64,000 nucleotides of DNA from the human T2T-CHM13v2.0 reference genome, Homo sapiens: NCBI RefSeq assembly GCF_009914755.1, contig NC_060937.1; one strand, written 5' to 3'. How positions within the stretch are numbered: the first letter of the stretch is position 1; every line of letters starts with the position of its first letter. The translations under genes were made by a program, and so were the position numbers. Shown here in pieces: positions 31,926-47,071 of this stretch. The notes below the pieces were generated by a model, which was not told the origin of the DNA, made no database searches, and saw only the letters and a list, made by a program, of their open reading frames with translations.

Positions 31926-34254
31926 AAAGGGCGGAAGACATATTTGGTTTAACAATGGCCAAACGCTTTCTGAAATTCATGACAGACACCAAGCCACACA
32001 GATCCGAGATGCTCAGAGAACACCAGGCAAGATAAACATAAAAAACAAACGATGAAAAACCAAAAAACAGCTTTACTTAAGTATAGCATATTTGAAATGC
32101 TGAATACCAAACAAAAAGGGAAAATCTTGAAAAAGCTAGGCAGGAAAGATACCTTATTTATAGAAGAAAAAAGATAAGAATCACAATGGGCTTCTCTCTA
32201 GAAATTATGAAAGCAAGAGGAGTGGAGTGAAATACTTAAAATGCTAAAAAGAAACACTGCCAACATAGAATTTTATTTCCAGCAAAATTATCCTTCAATT
32301 ATCCTGTGAAAAAGAATAAAGTTTCTCAGACAAACAAAAGTTGAGCCAACACATTGCCAGCAGACCTCCAGCCTTGCAAGAAATGTTAAAATAAGTTGTT
32401 AAACAACATAAACAGGAAAATTGTATAGGTCAGAATCTTTGACTACATGAAGAATAGAGAACATTGAAGAAGAAATAAAGACAAAATTAACTCCACATGA
32501 CTTTCGTTTTTCTTATTCGAAATTCATCTAAAAATGTCTATTTAAAGAATGATAACAATATATTGGGTTATTATAGCGTAAGGATAAGTAAAACGAATGA
32601 CTGTAATATCATAGCGGGTACAGAGAAGGGTGTGGGAATGCTGTCTTATAAGATACCTGTACTACATGTGAATTTATATAGTGTCATTTGAAGGTAGATT
32701 TGGATTAGTTAAAAATGTATATTGGAAACTTTAGAACAACCAGTAAAAATTTTTCAGAAGTATAATTGTCATGCTAAGACAGGATATAAAATGGAATCAT
32801 ATAATATGCTCAATTAAATCAATGGCAAAAGAAGAAGAGAAAATAGAAACGAAGAGCAAATGTAATACATGGAAATAGTTACAAACACACAGATTAACAC
32901 AACTATGTCAACAATTGCTTCAAATTGAGTAGTCTAAACACACCAATTAAAAGACACAGATCATTGGTACTGATACATATATATGATCCAACTTTAGGTC
33001 GTCTACTTGAAAACCACATTGAATATAAAGATGCAGACAGAATAAATGTAAATGAAAAAAGATCTATGATGCCAATATTAATCAAAAGACAGAGTAGCTA
33101 TATTAATTTTAGGAGAAATAGTCAAACACACTATTATAGACTTCATTACCCTTTTTTCAGGAATTGATAGATCAAACAGGCAAAAAGTGAGTAAATGTCC
33201 ACTTTCATGAACAATAGCAGAAGTCAACTCTACTGAATTAACATTTACAGAATGTTCCAGCCAACTGCAGCAAAACACACATTCTTCTCAATCTCACATG
33301 AATAATTCATGTCGAGATAGACTGTCTCCTGAGCAATAAAACAGACCTTAAAAATTTTAAAGTAGAACAAACATACAAAATATGTTATCAGACCCCAATG
33401 AAGTTAACTAGAAATCAGTAATAGAAAGGTTTCTGGAAAATTGTCAAATATTTGGAGATTAAACAGCACACTTAAAAATTATATGTAGCCCAAAAAAGTC
33501 TCAGGATTATTTAAAATATATTTTCAGCTAAATAAAAACAGAAGTACAACTTATCAAAATGTATGGGATGCAGCAAAATCAAAGCTTAGAGAGAAATTTA
33601 TAGCATTAAATACGTGTATTAGAGAAGAAGACAGATATAAAAGCAATAATCTAAGCTTTCCCCTTTGGAAACTAGAGAAAGAAGAGCAATTAAAGCCTAA
33701 ATCAAACAGAAGAAATAATAATAATTGGAGCATAAATAAACTAAAAATAGGAAAAAATAAAGACATTAAATCAATGAAACCACAAGCTACATTAAAAATG
33801 CTTATTATAAGACTACAGTAATCAACACAGGTTTTCCTGAAAGAATAGAAGGCTTTCATAGAGATCAATGAAACAAGGGAGAAAGCCCACAAGCAGACCG
33901 ATATAAATATAGTCCAGTGATCATTGATGAAGAACAGCAATGCAAAAGAGAAAAAGTAGATTTTTAAATAAACAGTCCTGAAACAATTAGTGTTCTCTAT
34001 GCAAAAGAATGAACCTGGAAACACATCTTAAACCTTTCACAAAATTAATTCAAAATGGGTCATGGACTTAAGCATAAAATGTAGCACTTTAAAACTTCCA
34101 GAAGAAATTACATGCAGAATCTAGGTGACCTTTGATTTGGTGATAGGTTTTTATATATATGCTAATATCAAAATTGTAGCCCATGAATGAAAAATTGATA
34201 AGTTGGACTATGATATGTAAAACAAGTATCTGATAATACTCTTTTTTCGGTTTG

Positions 34255-34590
34255 GCAGGGTTTTTTTGACATCTAAAATTGTATATATTTATAGTGTACA
34301 ACATGACGTTTTGATATATGTATACACTATGGAATGGCTAAATCAAGCTAATTAACATATGCATTACCTCACAAACTTATTATTTTTTGCAGTGAGAACA
34401 CTGAAAATATTAGCAATCCTCAACTATACAATATTTTGTTATTAGCAATATATAGTCACTATAATATGTTATCAATCTCTTGAATTTATTCCGCCTATCT
34501 GGCTAAAGTGTTTTGTCCTTTGACCAACATCTCAATTCCCCCAACTCTCAGCCTCTAATAACCACTACTTTACTCTCTGTTCCTATGAAT
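34255..34590 (-). mobile_element. L1MA-type 3' end, antisense, nested
   Basis: aaaattgtatatatttatagtgtacaacatgacgttttgatatatgtatacact...ggctaaatcaagctaattaacat. Confidence 0.75.
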
Positions 34591-35680
34591 TTATCTCAGA
34601 AAGAACTTATAGCTAAAATATACAAAGAACTCGTAAACCTCAACAATAAGAAAACAAACAACCCAATTAAGAATGGGCAAAAGATCTTAACAGACACCTC
34701 AACCAAAGAAGATATACGATGGCAAATAAGCATACCAAAAGATGCTCAGTAGCATTTGTTATTAGACAGTTGTAAATTAAAACAAGATCCAGTACCACCA
34801 TATACCCATTCCAGTGGCTAAAAGACAAAACAAAGCCAAACCAAACCTAGTGAGACATTCAGAGGTAACGATGTGGAGCAACAGGAGCTCTCATTCACTG
34901 CTGGTGGGAACAAAATGGCACAGCCACTTTGGAGACACTTGGCAGTTCTTAACAAAGTTAAATATAGTCTTACAATACAACCCAGCAATCATGTTCCCGG
35001 GTTTTTACACAAATGAGTTGAAAACTTATGGCCATTTAAAAGCCTATACTCAAATATTTATAGCAGCTTTATTCATAATTGCCAAAACTTGGAAGCAGCC
35101 AAGATGTCCTTCTGTAAACAAGTGGATACACAAACTGTGGATCATCCATGTAATGGAACAGGAGTCAGCAATAAAACAGGACTGGCTAACAAGCCATGAG
35201 CAGACATGGATAGATCTTAAATGCATATGCCATCCAAATGAAAGAAGCCAGTTTTAAAAGGCTTCTGGAAAAGGCAAAAGCTATAGAGAGAATAAAAAAT
35301 GTCAGTGTTTGCCAGGGATTTGGAGATCGAAGAGGAAAGGCGAATAGGTGAATGAAGCTTAGGGGATTTTTTAGGGCAGTAAAACTAGTCTGTATGATAT
35401 TGTGACAGCGGATACATGACACCCTGCCTTTGTGAACAAAAAAGAAACTTATAGCACAAAATGTGAACCTTAATGTATGTAAACAAAAACAATCATTTAG
35501 GCTGTCCTGGGATCCAAAGATGGAATACAGAATTTGACAAGATAATTTAAATGTATTGCAAACCTATGAAACAATTTTGCTGAAGAGGATGGAAAAAAGT
35601 AAGGTGCCGATAATGAGAGGGCTCTGTAAGGCTAAAGCCAAACATCTTTACGTAGTATTCTACTTCAATCCACAAAGTTA

Positions 35681-36114
<434 letters not shown>

Positions 36115-36283
36115 TCATTGATGCAGTGGGAATTTGCAAATAAGCAAGGGGAGGAGGCTAGAGTGACTCATGCGGTGATGGATTAGAGTTGACAATATCA
36201 GTATGAACTCATGTTTAGCTTAATAGGGTTACAGATGCTTATGCATAGAAATATGTATGTGTATAAATATATATATGTGTGTT

Positions 36284-36309
36284 CACACACACACACACAC
36301 ACACACACA
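36284..36309. repeat. (CA)n microsatellite
   Basis: About 13 CA units. Confidence 0.95.
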
Positions 36310-37834
36310 TACATTTCCCTCCCCTGTCAGTTGAGAGAACCCAAATCCATGACACTTTCATAGCGATGAGCACACTGACCTCCAAAATCTTGGTTCCCCA
36401 TATAATTCTCCAATTAAAAAACAAACAAACAAAAACAGGGATTTTTGGAGAAACGACTGAATCTAGGTCTTGCATGAAATTTACAAGATAAGCCTGCAAC
36501 AGCTTGTAGTGCTTGAAACTTGGGAGGTGATTTTTTTTTAAGGAGTACATCAAAGAAATTCAGAGCCAATTGAAAGACCAATGGCTCACACTGGAACGAT
36601 TTAAGCAACATGATAAAACAGTAGTATTGGATTATTACTTAAATATGAAATAAATATTAATCCATAAATAATATAAAGAAATGCGGTAGAATACACAAAT
36701 CAACTGTGCTGAAGATTTCCAAATAAGTATGTAGCTTCTACATCCTCAGAGAATTTTAGCATAAACCCCCACTCCTGAAATTTGGGCTGCTCCAAGTGAC
36801 TTCTTTCCAGAGTTTACAGTATGGAACGGGAGAAAAACAAGTGACTTTTCAGGGGAGAGACTTGATAAACACTACGTCAGTCAGGTCTCAAGAGTGGCAA
36901 GCCATACCGATATTACACACCCTTCATGTGATGTCATGGGAATGGCTTTCTACCTCTGTGAGACACCTCCAAAATCACACAGGCACAGTCTGACTGTAAG
37001 AAAGTGTCATGAATACCCCAACTGAGGGTCAGTCTTCAAAATTCATCACTAGGGCTCTTCAAAACTGTCAATGTCATAAAAAACAAGGTCAGTCTGAGAA
37101 ACTGTCACAGCCTAAAGGAACCCAAGGAGATAGGACTAAGAGATGTAATGTAGTATCCTGATGAGATCCTGGGACAGATATAAGATGTAAACCTAGAGGG
37201 ATTTGCATGTAGTGAACACTTCAGTTCATGATCATGTATCTGTAGTAGTTCATTAATTATAATAGTTATACCATACTAATGTGAGAATTGGGAATTGAGG
37301 ACACTGGTATGAGGTATATAGGAATGCTCTGTGGTATCTTCACAATTTCTTTTCAAGTTTAAAACTGTCTTCAAATAAAATATTAATTTAAAATGTATTT
37401 TTAAATGTGGGTTTTCCAACAAAAATTATACATAATTTTATGTTTCAGGAGACCAAGAAAGACCAAGTCTCATTGTGACTTGAGGAAAATATTATAGAAG
37501 TCAACATCTGTAATTTATGAAATTACAGATTTCTATGAAAATATCTGTACTAGGTTTCCCTATATAAACAGTCACCTACAAGCCATTACATATGTTTATA
37601 TCTATTTGTTAGTAAGGGGCACAGATTCGTACAAAGGTTATACTTAATTTCATGAAGCAGCTATAAAGACAGGACTATTAAAATTCCTGGGATAACTCTG
37701 TAAGTGCAAATGTTATAGTCATTCGTCACTGGCAGAAATCCTAAGAGACATTTCATTAACCCACTGCTCATTGACATTAAGAAAGCTTATGCCATTAAAC
37801 TTTTATGAGACTGGAGATTTCCTTTTTGTTTTGA

Positions 37835-38132
<298 letters not shown>

Positions 38133-38306
38133 ATATGGCCTTAACTTATAGATGAAAATGATTATGTAAAACACTATTAAGTTTTTGTATATCAGAAATG
38201 TATTAAATATGTTAATCAGGTTGATGTAAGAGATAGGATAGATGAGACATTACACCAATATTTCTACTCAAAAAGATAATAATGAAAATTTAGTAACAAT
38301 AAAATA

Positions 38307-38662
<356 letters not shown>

Positions 38663-39280
38663 TTAAAAGGAGTCTGTCTCTTTATGAGTTATTTCTTTTT
38701 GGGAATGGCTTTATTGACTCATTCCGTAACCAAAAACATTAAGAGGATTCTACAAGAGATATGATCTCAGTAATAACATCAAATCATATGCACTCAAGGA
38801 AGCAAAATTGATTTTGACCTAGGTATTAATTAAAATGTATTTACTTTTTAAATTCTAAGAAAATATAGAAAGTATATGGTGTGTTTAAGTCTGCTACTGA
38901 GGCGCTCCTGGAGGTGCTCTTAAGGTGCATTTCTAAAAATAAATTCTTTCTGGGCCATCAGAATGAACTTATAAAATGACAATTAGCTGGAAAAGAATCA
39001 AGACCTACATTAACTTGCACAAAGTAGGAGTCAGCACCTTTCAAATTCTGCTACCTAAATAAATGGTCACTACAAAACATATATTTAAAAAGAGGCTATA
39101 CTTTGAGGATTTGGCTGATCTCAGACAGTTGACAATGTGTGTGTGTTGATATTACAATAGATTTCATATCACCTTATCACGTCACCTGCATTTATATAAT
39201 AAATAAGTGAAGAGATCAACAGTGATTTCTGGTAAAGCAGTCATTGCGTTCTAGTAGAAATGTTGCTGTCACAGCACTCA

Positions 39281-39546
39281 GCTGTAGCATGCAGAACAAG
39301 CTGTAGCATGCAGGACAAGTTGTAGCATGCAGAACAAACTGTAGCATGCAGGACAAGCTGTAGCATGCAGGACAAGTTGTAGCATGCAGAACAAACTGTA
39401 GCATGCAGGACAAGCTGTAGCATGCAAGACAAGCTGTAGCATGCAGGACAAGCTGTAGCATGCAGGACAAGCTGTAGCATGAAAGACAAGCTGTAGCATG
39501 AAGAACAAGCTGCAGCATGCAGGACAAGCTGTAGCATGCAGAACAA
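39281..39546. repeat. Minisatellite, 19-bp unit (gctgtagcatgcaggacaa) x14
   Basis: Units counted directly. Units 2-4 recur exactly as units 5-7 (57-bp higher-order duplication). Confidence 0.97.
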
Positions 39547-40343
39547 GCAGAGAATATCTAAGAGATTGCTTAGGGAGAGGAAATGAGTGTTTACAAGCTG
39601 AGCCCAGCCAATGGTAAGGAATAAATTAATGCACAGATTATTGACATACATAGCTCTCTGACAGAAAACTATACTGACATACTGAACAACATTTTTGAGC
39701 ATGAATAAAACTGCTAGTTACAGGTTTTGGTGTGTGTGTGTGTGTGTGTGTAATAAAAATTATAAAGTCTTAAAGTAAAAGAAATAGATTTAAAAATGGT
39801 TTCTTGACCTTAAGGTGGAAATAAAACATTGTGGCAAATGGCAAAGATTCTAGAGTTGTATACTCCTTAGTATAAATCCCAAATCATCCTCTTCCTAGCT
39901 GTGTGGCTTTGGTAAATTATGTTCTCACAAATAAACTTCAAAAAATCAAGAACTTTCTTGTCTGCCTGGTTCTGCCCCTGCATCCTCCAGCAGTGGAATG
40001 TCACATGAACTCCTCTATCCCTTTCCTCAAGAAGCATTTACAGTGTACATGGTATTAGTTTGGCATTACACTCTGCAATTTTAGTGAAGAATAAAAAATA
40101 TAAAGAACATTCCTGTGTTAGGAAAACACAGCAGGACCATATACACTGTAAATACGTAATAAGTATGATGAATATATATAGAGAGAGACAGAGAGAGAGA
40201 ACATGTGGTTAATGTCATAAAAAGTTATAAAAAGTATAAAGTTTTTATGACAATAAATGTGAGACAGCATTCAGGAGAGAGGGGACCCATGCACACAAAT
40301 GATCTGGAGCAGACATAGACTGGGAGAGAGGGGACTCATAATT

Positions 40344-40502
40344 TAAGTGAAGAGATCAACAGTGATTTCTGGTAAAGCAGTCATTGTGTTCTAGTAGAAC
40401 TGCTGCTGTCACAGCACTCTGTGGTGTAGCATGCAGAACAAGCAGAGAATATGTGAGAGATTGCTTAGGGAGAGGAAATGAGTGTTTACAAGCTGAGCCC
40501 AG
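40344..40502 (+). repeat. Dispersed copy of 39204-39607 carrying only one minisatellite unit
   Basis: taagtgaagagatcaacagtgatttctggtaaagcagtcattg...tgtagcatgcagaacaagcagagaatat...tttacaagctgagcccag occurs at both sites. Confidence 0.95.
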
Positions 40503-41944
40503 GGGACTCATGCACCACACATGATCTAGAGCAGACACAGACTGAAATTTTGCTGAATAAGTAAATGTGCAGCATTGAACATAGTGCAAATCATTCTACA
40601 ACTACTAAAAGGTTTCATTTTTATGAGATAATTCTCAATACAATATTAGATCCTTTCACCTTACTACCAGTATATTTTTGAGTAAGAAAACACATCATTT
40701 TATCTTAACTTTAACATAATTATTAACAACAAATAGATGTCTTGCTAGTCTGTGATTTTTCTCTTCAAATTGCAAAAAAAAAAAAATCAAAGGCATAGAT
40801 CCTAAAAAATATAATTATTTTAGTAATATTTATGATTGGTGTTTCATTCAAATGTAGTGACACTATATTTAACTTCAAAAAAATGAAGTAATTTTAAAGA
40901 ATGGCTGGATTTTATATTCTTCAAATCTGCTTTTTTGATCATTTATTATGATTGCCAACATATTTTTACTTAAGTTACTATGTGAAGTGGTTTGTGGCTA
41001 ATGACACGTCAGTGCACTCAGTAGAGACTCAGCAGTGAGCTCGAGATGTTCTTAAAGTGCTATGGGATAAAAACTTCAAATAAACCATCTTGTAAAGATG
41101 TATTAAATATTCAGGAATTTTCTTAATCATGGTTGCCAATGTTAGGATAGTAATACATTTGGAAGTGCTTCCGTTACTTCTGTGTTATATTGTGGCACAA
41201 AACTTAGCATTATAGTCACAGTCCTTTACAAGGAAAATTGTCTTATTTTGTCCATGATTTTTTATTGTCACTGAGTTCTCTAATTTTATTTTTCTGCTCA
41301 GTATAAGGTGTTTACACATGAAAATAAAAGGCTTGTATTTTCACATAGCATATGAGTTAATTTATTATAACACTGTTCACATTTTTAAAGACTTTCAATA
41401 TTTATGGTTAAGATTTTCTTTTCTAGACTTATTTTTCAGTAGAAAAAAATGCTCTTTAAATATAAGAGCATACAATTCAAAAAGATGTACTTTATGAAGT
41501 TTCTATAATTTTATATAAAATCCTTTGAATTATATATGTATGAGAAATGTCAACATTGCAGCATTTCATGGGCATCCAACACAAATATGGGCAAATGACA
41601 TTTTTACCTGGGTTTCATAACTTTGAGAAACACATCTGTACCATCTATGCCCAAGGTCTAAGAAAAACTTTCTGTGATTTACTCTGTTCATTTATTTATG
41701 CTTTTATCTTTAATAAATTATATTCCTTCTTAAAAAGTGCTTTTCAAGATAATATTTTTCATTTATATTTTATTAGAGGAAATTTTAAAATTTGAATCAT
41801 TTATGTTAATATTGTAAAGCACTTATATTTAATTTTTGAAAGTTCTTTTTGTAAGATGTTTTACTTTCCTAACTACAGAAGGAATTCACATTTATTTTAA
41901 AAGCATTGCAAAATATAGAAAAAAAAAAGGAAAATGAAAGGATG

Positions 41945-42083
41945 AGGGTATTCTGTACTCAGTCTATGGATTTGAATGCTAATCTCCCCAGAATTACTCT
42001 CATAGACACAACCAGAAACAATGTTTTACCAACTCTCTTGGCATCCATAGCCCAGTCAAGTTGACACGTAATTAACCATCATA
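41945..42083 (-). mobile_element. MLT2-type (ERVL) LTR fragment
   Basis: ctcatagacacaaccagaaacaatgttttacc...gcccagtcaagttgacacgtaattaaccatca. Confidence 0.75.
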
Positions 42084-42695
42084 TATTCTATGGATAATTT
42101 TATGGAGTTTATATATGGTACCTATACTGTTTTACAACACAGTCTATGGGATGGCTTAATACGACAACTTGCTGTACTAAAATTTATTCAATAGCCCTTG
42201 GTGTATCTATTCTTTAAATCACAATGAAGATGTTGAAATAGAATGCCATGATTGCTTTTGATATTTTTGCAAATTTCTAAAACAATGATGATTACAAATA
42301 TAATAATACATTTAACTTTTAATACTAACTTCAAAATTTCTCAGGAACCTAGAGTGCAAAAGGCAAATTCTACCTATTGAACAAAAATGAACATTTTAGC
42401 ATGGTTCATAAAAGCATTTTAAGAGGATATTTATTGCAGGAAAATTCTGAGAGAAATGTATTTATTCACTTCTGAGCACATTATGTCTGTGATGAATTCA
42501 CCATGAGAGGAGCGCTTTGAAGTTTTGATCTTTGAGTTGTCTACGGAATATTTTATTCCTAATGCGGGAGAATCATTTATAACAGGAGTCTCTAACATAT
42601 CCTTGATGGTTTGAAGGTAGAGACAGGTCAGAAATACCTTTCATCCAAAGACTTACAGTCATACTTAAAGTTGTTTTTATGACCAAGCTAGTTTT

Positions 42696-42981
42696 TTGGG
42701 TTTTTTTTTAATTATACTTTAAGTTTTAGGGTACATGTACACAACGTGCAGGTTACTTACATATGTATACATGTGCCATGTTGGTGTGCTGCACCCAGTA
42801 ACTCGTCATTTAACATTAGGTATATCTCCTAATGCTATCCCTCCCCCTTCTCCCCACCCCACAACAGGCCCCAGTGTGTGATGTTCCCCTTCCTGTGTCC
42901 AAGTGTTCTCATTGTTCAATTCCCACCTATGAGTGAGAACATGCGGTGTTTGGTTTTTTGTCCTTGCGACAGTTTGCTGAG
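42696..42981 (-). mobile_element. 5'-truncated young L1PA 3' end (about 285 bp)
   Basis: ttatactttaagttttagggtacatg...agtttgctgag. TSD agctagtttt at 42686 and 42980, followed by AA (TTTT/AA site). Confidence 0.95.
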
Positions 42982-43125
42982 CTAGTTTTAAAGTTTGATT
43001 ATTTTTCAGTGTTTCATTTAGTTATAGTAACACATTCACTGCACCGTCAGACCATGTAGCTACTTCATATGAGGGCAATGCTACAAACGGAGTCCTGTGG
43101 ATATGTATGCGACACAATGCCTGGA

Positions 43126-43479
43126 TGCTATGGTCTGAATGTTTGTGTCCCTAAAAATTCATAGGTTGCAATTCTAAGCTCCAAGGTGATGGTATTAGGA
43201 GAGCCTTTTGGGAGGTGATAGTCGTGAGGATAGAGGCCTTCTAGTTGAGATTAGTCCCCTCATACAGAGACTACAGAGAGCTAGCTGGCCCCTTCTGCCA
43301 TGCGAAGATGCAGCAAAAAGGTGCTATCTGTGAACCAGAAAGCCCTCACCAGACACCAAATCTTCAGGCGACTTGGTCTTGGACATCCAGCCTCCAGAAC
43401 TGTGAGAAATAAATTTCTGTTGTTTATAAGCCACCCAGTCTAAGGTATTTTGCTATAGTAGTCTGAATAAACTAAAACA
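43126..43479 (+). mobile_element. MLT1A/MST-type MaLR solo LTR
   Basis: TGctatggtctgaatgtttgtgtccct...ccagcctccagaactgtgagaaataaatttctgttgtttataagccaccc...aaaCA. Flanks ctgga/cttga. Confidence 0.88.
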
Positions 43480-44726
43480 CTTGACTATTGGGATTTTTTT
43501 GGTTCAAATTGTATTTTTTAAATTTTTGTTTCCTATAAGTCAGTAACCGGTGCCATGTGTGGATTTGCCCGAGGTATGTGTCCCCTAGGTAGATTTTTTT
43601 CAGAGAATATTTTGCCACCAGTGACTTTTTATTGAAACATATCTGTAAGAGATCACTGTTATCAGGACTATCAGGACTGTTCAGTTCTACTATTGCTTGA
43701 TTTTCACACATTCTTTTCAGCTAAAGGGAAGAGAAAAGGAGCAAGTCATTCCCATGTGCACAGGCAGATGGAGAAATGCTGGTCTTTCAATTTCAGTCAT
43801 CAATTATCTCTCCTTTATCTTTTGACTCCATTAGAAGAACAGACATGACCGTCACACTAGCTGTTAGATGTAGATGACAGTGTATGTTTTATTCAATTTA
43901 GAACTCATCCTGGGGAGCTGAGTGGCATGTTTGTTAATAGATCAAGCTCCACAAAATACGATGTTCATACACATTTAAACTTAAAGAATCATGTCATCTT
44001 AAAGCCATATTCGAAAAGCATGTTATAATATCAGAATATTACATTTTGAGGACTCGGAAAAATACGTGATACAGAATAGTGGACATTCCTGATGTATGAT
44101 TTAGTGTAATATCTTTTTCTTCTTTCAGAATTCTTGACATCCTTATTTCTTTTAAAATATTGTATCTATTACAACTGCTGCATTTTGGTACTTTAATATT
44201 AATAGAAATGTTAGGTAATTTATTTTTTAGCTTTTTATCATTTTCAATGAAGATATTATGAAATCTGAACTTTTCAGTAATTTATGTTAGAAAGCCTGAG
44301 CCAAATGAAAGGACTTGCCAAATGAAAATCACTCTTTGACAAAGATTTTGTGGACTATCTTCTTTTAATCATTGTAGTCTGTTAAAAAAAAAAGTAACAT
44401 CTAAACCTTCTAAAGATTTCTACTTTAAGAACTGTATAACTAGAGCAGATGTTTCAACAGAATTATGGAATTCTATGTTGAAGTGTGAATAGTTACCAGT
44501 TGTGTTTATGTAGATACGAGAGGAATTGCTGTTTTACAAAACACACACATCATTCTGCTGTATTTATAATACTATTCCTGTACTTTTGGTATTTTGTCTT
44601 GTTGGCATGTGTTATTATGTACTGTTTGTTAAATCACTGGCAAGTTAAGATGTGACTCAGGAGAAACGTAGCAATTCCTATCTTCTTTGAGATAGGAAAT
44701 GAGAGAGTATTATATGAAAGAAATGA

Positions 44727-45053
<327 letters not shown>

Positions 45054-45144
45054 TCTGAATTCAATTTAATTGGACTGCTCTAGGGATATGGAATATAAAA
45101 GTAAACAGTATGGAAATAATTTGGTAGACAAAAGGGCTTATACT

Positions 45145-46320
45145 TTTTTATTGACATATAGTAGTTCTTATTCTGGGGATGCATGTGATATTTTGATTCA
45201 TGTATACAATGTGTAATGATCAGATCAGGGTAACTGGGGTATCTGTCACCTCAAACATTTATCTTTTATTGTGTGGGGGAGATTGAAATTCTTCTTTTCT
45301 AGCTATTTTGAAATATACAGTAAAGCATTGCTAACTATAATTTCCCTACCACACTATCGAATACTAGAATGTACTCCTTCTACCTAACTGTATTTTTGTA
45401 CCCAAATCTGTTGGTTCTGAGAAACAGTTAAAGGGTGAAACAGCAGCAATTTAGGCTGGACCTATTTCTCACAGCTCCTTAAGAGAGCTCTATGGGCACT
45501 CTTACAAGTATTTTATCTCCTTTGTCTTGTGTTTCCTGGCAGAGTTATCTTATTTCTACCACTAACCTTATGGTCACATTGACAACACCATCACATGCCT
45601 CTTTGCTTCTGTTACTTTTAGAAAACTTATAAATCTATTCCATATCTGCTTCTTCTTGGCTGACAGTAAATCCTTAATGATAACTTAGGGTTTTTTTTTT
45701 TATCATTTTGGCTTTTTAAATTTCATTTACTTGCTGGGGCAGTAAAAATATTTTTACTAGAAATATTCTTTATTTATGTGTTCATTTCCACCTGACATAT
45801 AATCTTTGAAGTTTTAACCTAAAGTTTTTAAAGTCCTTTAGCCATTACAGAAAGAAGTATAAGTACTTTCAATGCCATATGTTCTCACTCATATGTGGGG
45901 ACTAAAAAAGTGAAACTCCTGGAGGCAGACAGTAGATTGGTGGTTCACAGAGGCTGGGAAGGGGAAGAGGAAGGAGGAGGTGGCATGAGAACTGTTTGTT
46001 TGTACCTGTTAATCAATCACTTTTTATCTTCTCTCCCACCCTTCCCAGCCTCTGGTAGCCACTATTCTACTCTCTACCTCCATAAGATCAACGTTTTTAG
46101 CTCCCGCATATGAGTGAGAACATGTGATATTTGTCTTTCTGTGTCTGGCTTATTTCACCTAATAATTTCACCTAATATAATGACCTGTATTTCCATCCAT
46201 GTTACTGCAAATGACAGGGTTTCATTCTTTTTTGGGGTTGAATAATATTCCATTGTGCACGTGTGCACACATGCACCACACACACCATTTTTTGCCGTTT
46301 ATCTGTTGATGGATACCTAA
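45145..46320 (-). mobile_element. L1MA-type 3' end, interrupted at 45402/45990, with an inverted L1MA piece at about 45874-45965
   Basis: Antisense L1MA motifs at 45145-45402 and 45990-46320, and sense-orientation atgttctcactcatatgtggg...cagaggctgggaaggg between them. Confidence 0.75.
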
Positions 46321-47071
46321 ATAAGGAAACCAATAAATGAGAGAGATAGTAAAGGGTTTCAGGGCTCCAGGCCAAGTGCATTTTATAGTGACCTTTACAG
46401 ACTGTGCCTAGAACTTGCCTGCTGAGCCCAGCGTTGCCCAGAGCATTTGGATAAGCTCATCTGACCTTGACCCTTCCCAAAATACAGAGACGCGGCAGTG
46501 CTCTGATGTCTTATGCAGTCCTAAGAGGGACCTAGAGTACACAAGATTCCGCAAACAGATTTGATCATGGACACTAAAAAAGAAAAAGAAAAAAAAGCTC
46601 TCTTACAAAGATGGGGTGCCATAAAATGCAGATAAAAGCTGAGAAAACTTATTAGTGAAGCCGAGGGGGGAGAAGGAACACCTGTTATCATTTGTTACCA
46701 TCTATGCACAGGGTTTAATAGGTAGCGAAAGTATAGGAGGGCAGCATGTTGGAGACTTTCAAACTGAGATTGGGAAAAATGATATGGAAGGTCACCAATA
46801 AAAGGAAAATCTTCACAAAAACAGATTTCAAGAAGGCATCCGCTTGAGTCTCATCTCAAAGTGAAATGACATTTGACCTGAACATTATTACCCAAGTTTA
46901 CACAGGTAGTAAAATCTGAGGGCTGGGATTCACTGAGGGATCGTCTATTTCCAAAGGTCTGTTTGTCCCCACCTCCACCTTCTCTCTGTTTCTGTTGCCT
47001 TCCTTTTGCTGGTTGATACTGATGGGGATTATTTTGTAAATTTAACTAGACTCTTCTGGTAAGCTGTAAAC

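Noticed and set aside
33554-35257. ORFs of 147-156 aa
   Set aside because: Sense and antisense remnants of the decayed L1M ORF2.
39216-39702. Cys-rich repetitive ORFs (MLQLVLHATAC...) and a CRISPR-like look of the array
   Set aside because: These are translations of the 19-bp minisatellite in several frames. Units are contiguous with no unique spacers, and the DNA is eukaryotic.
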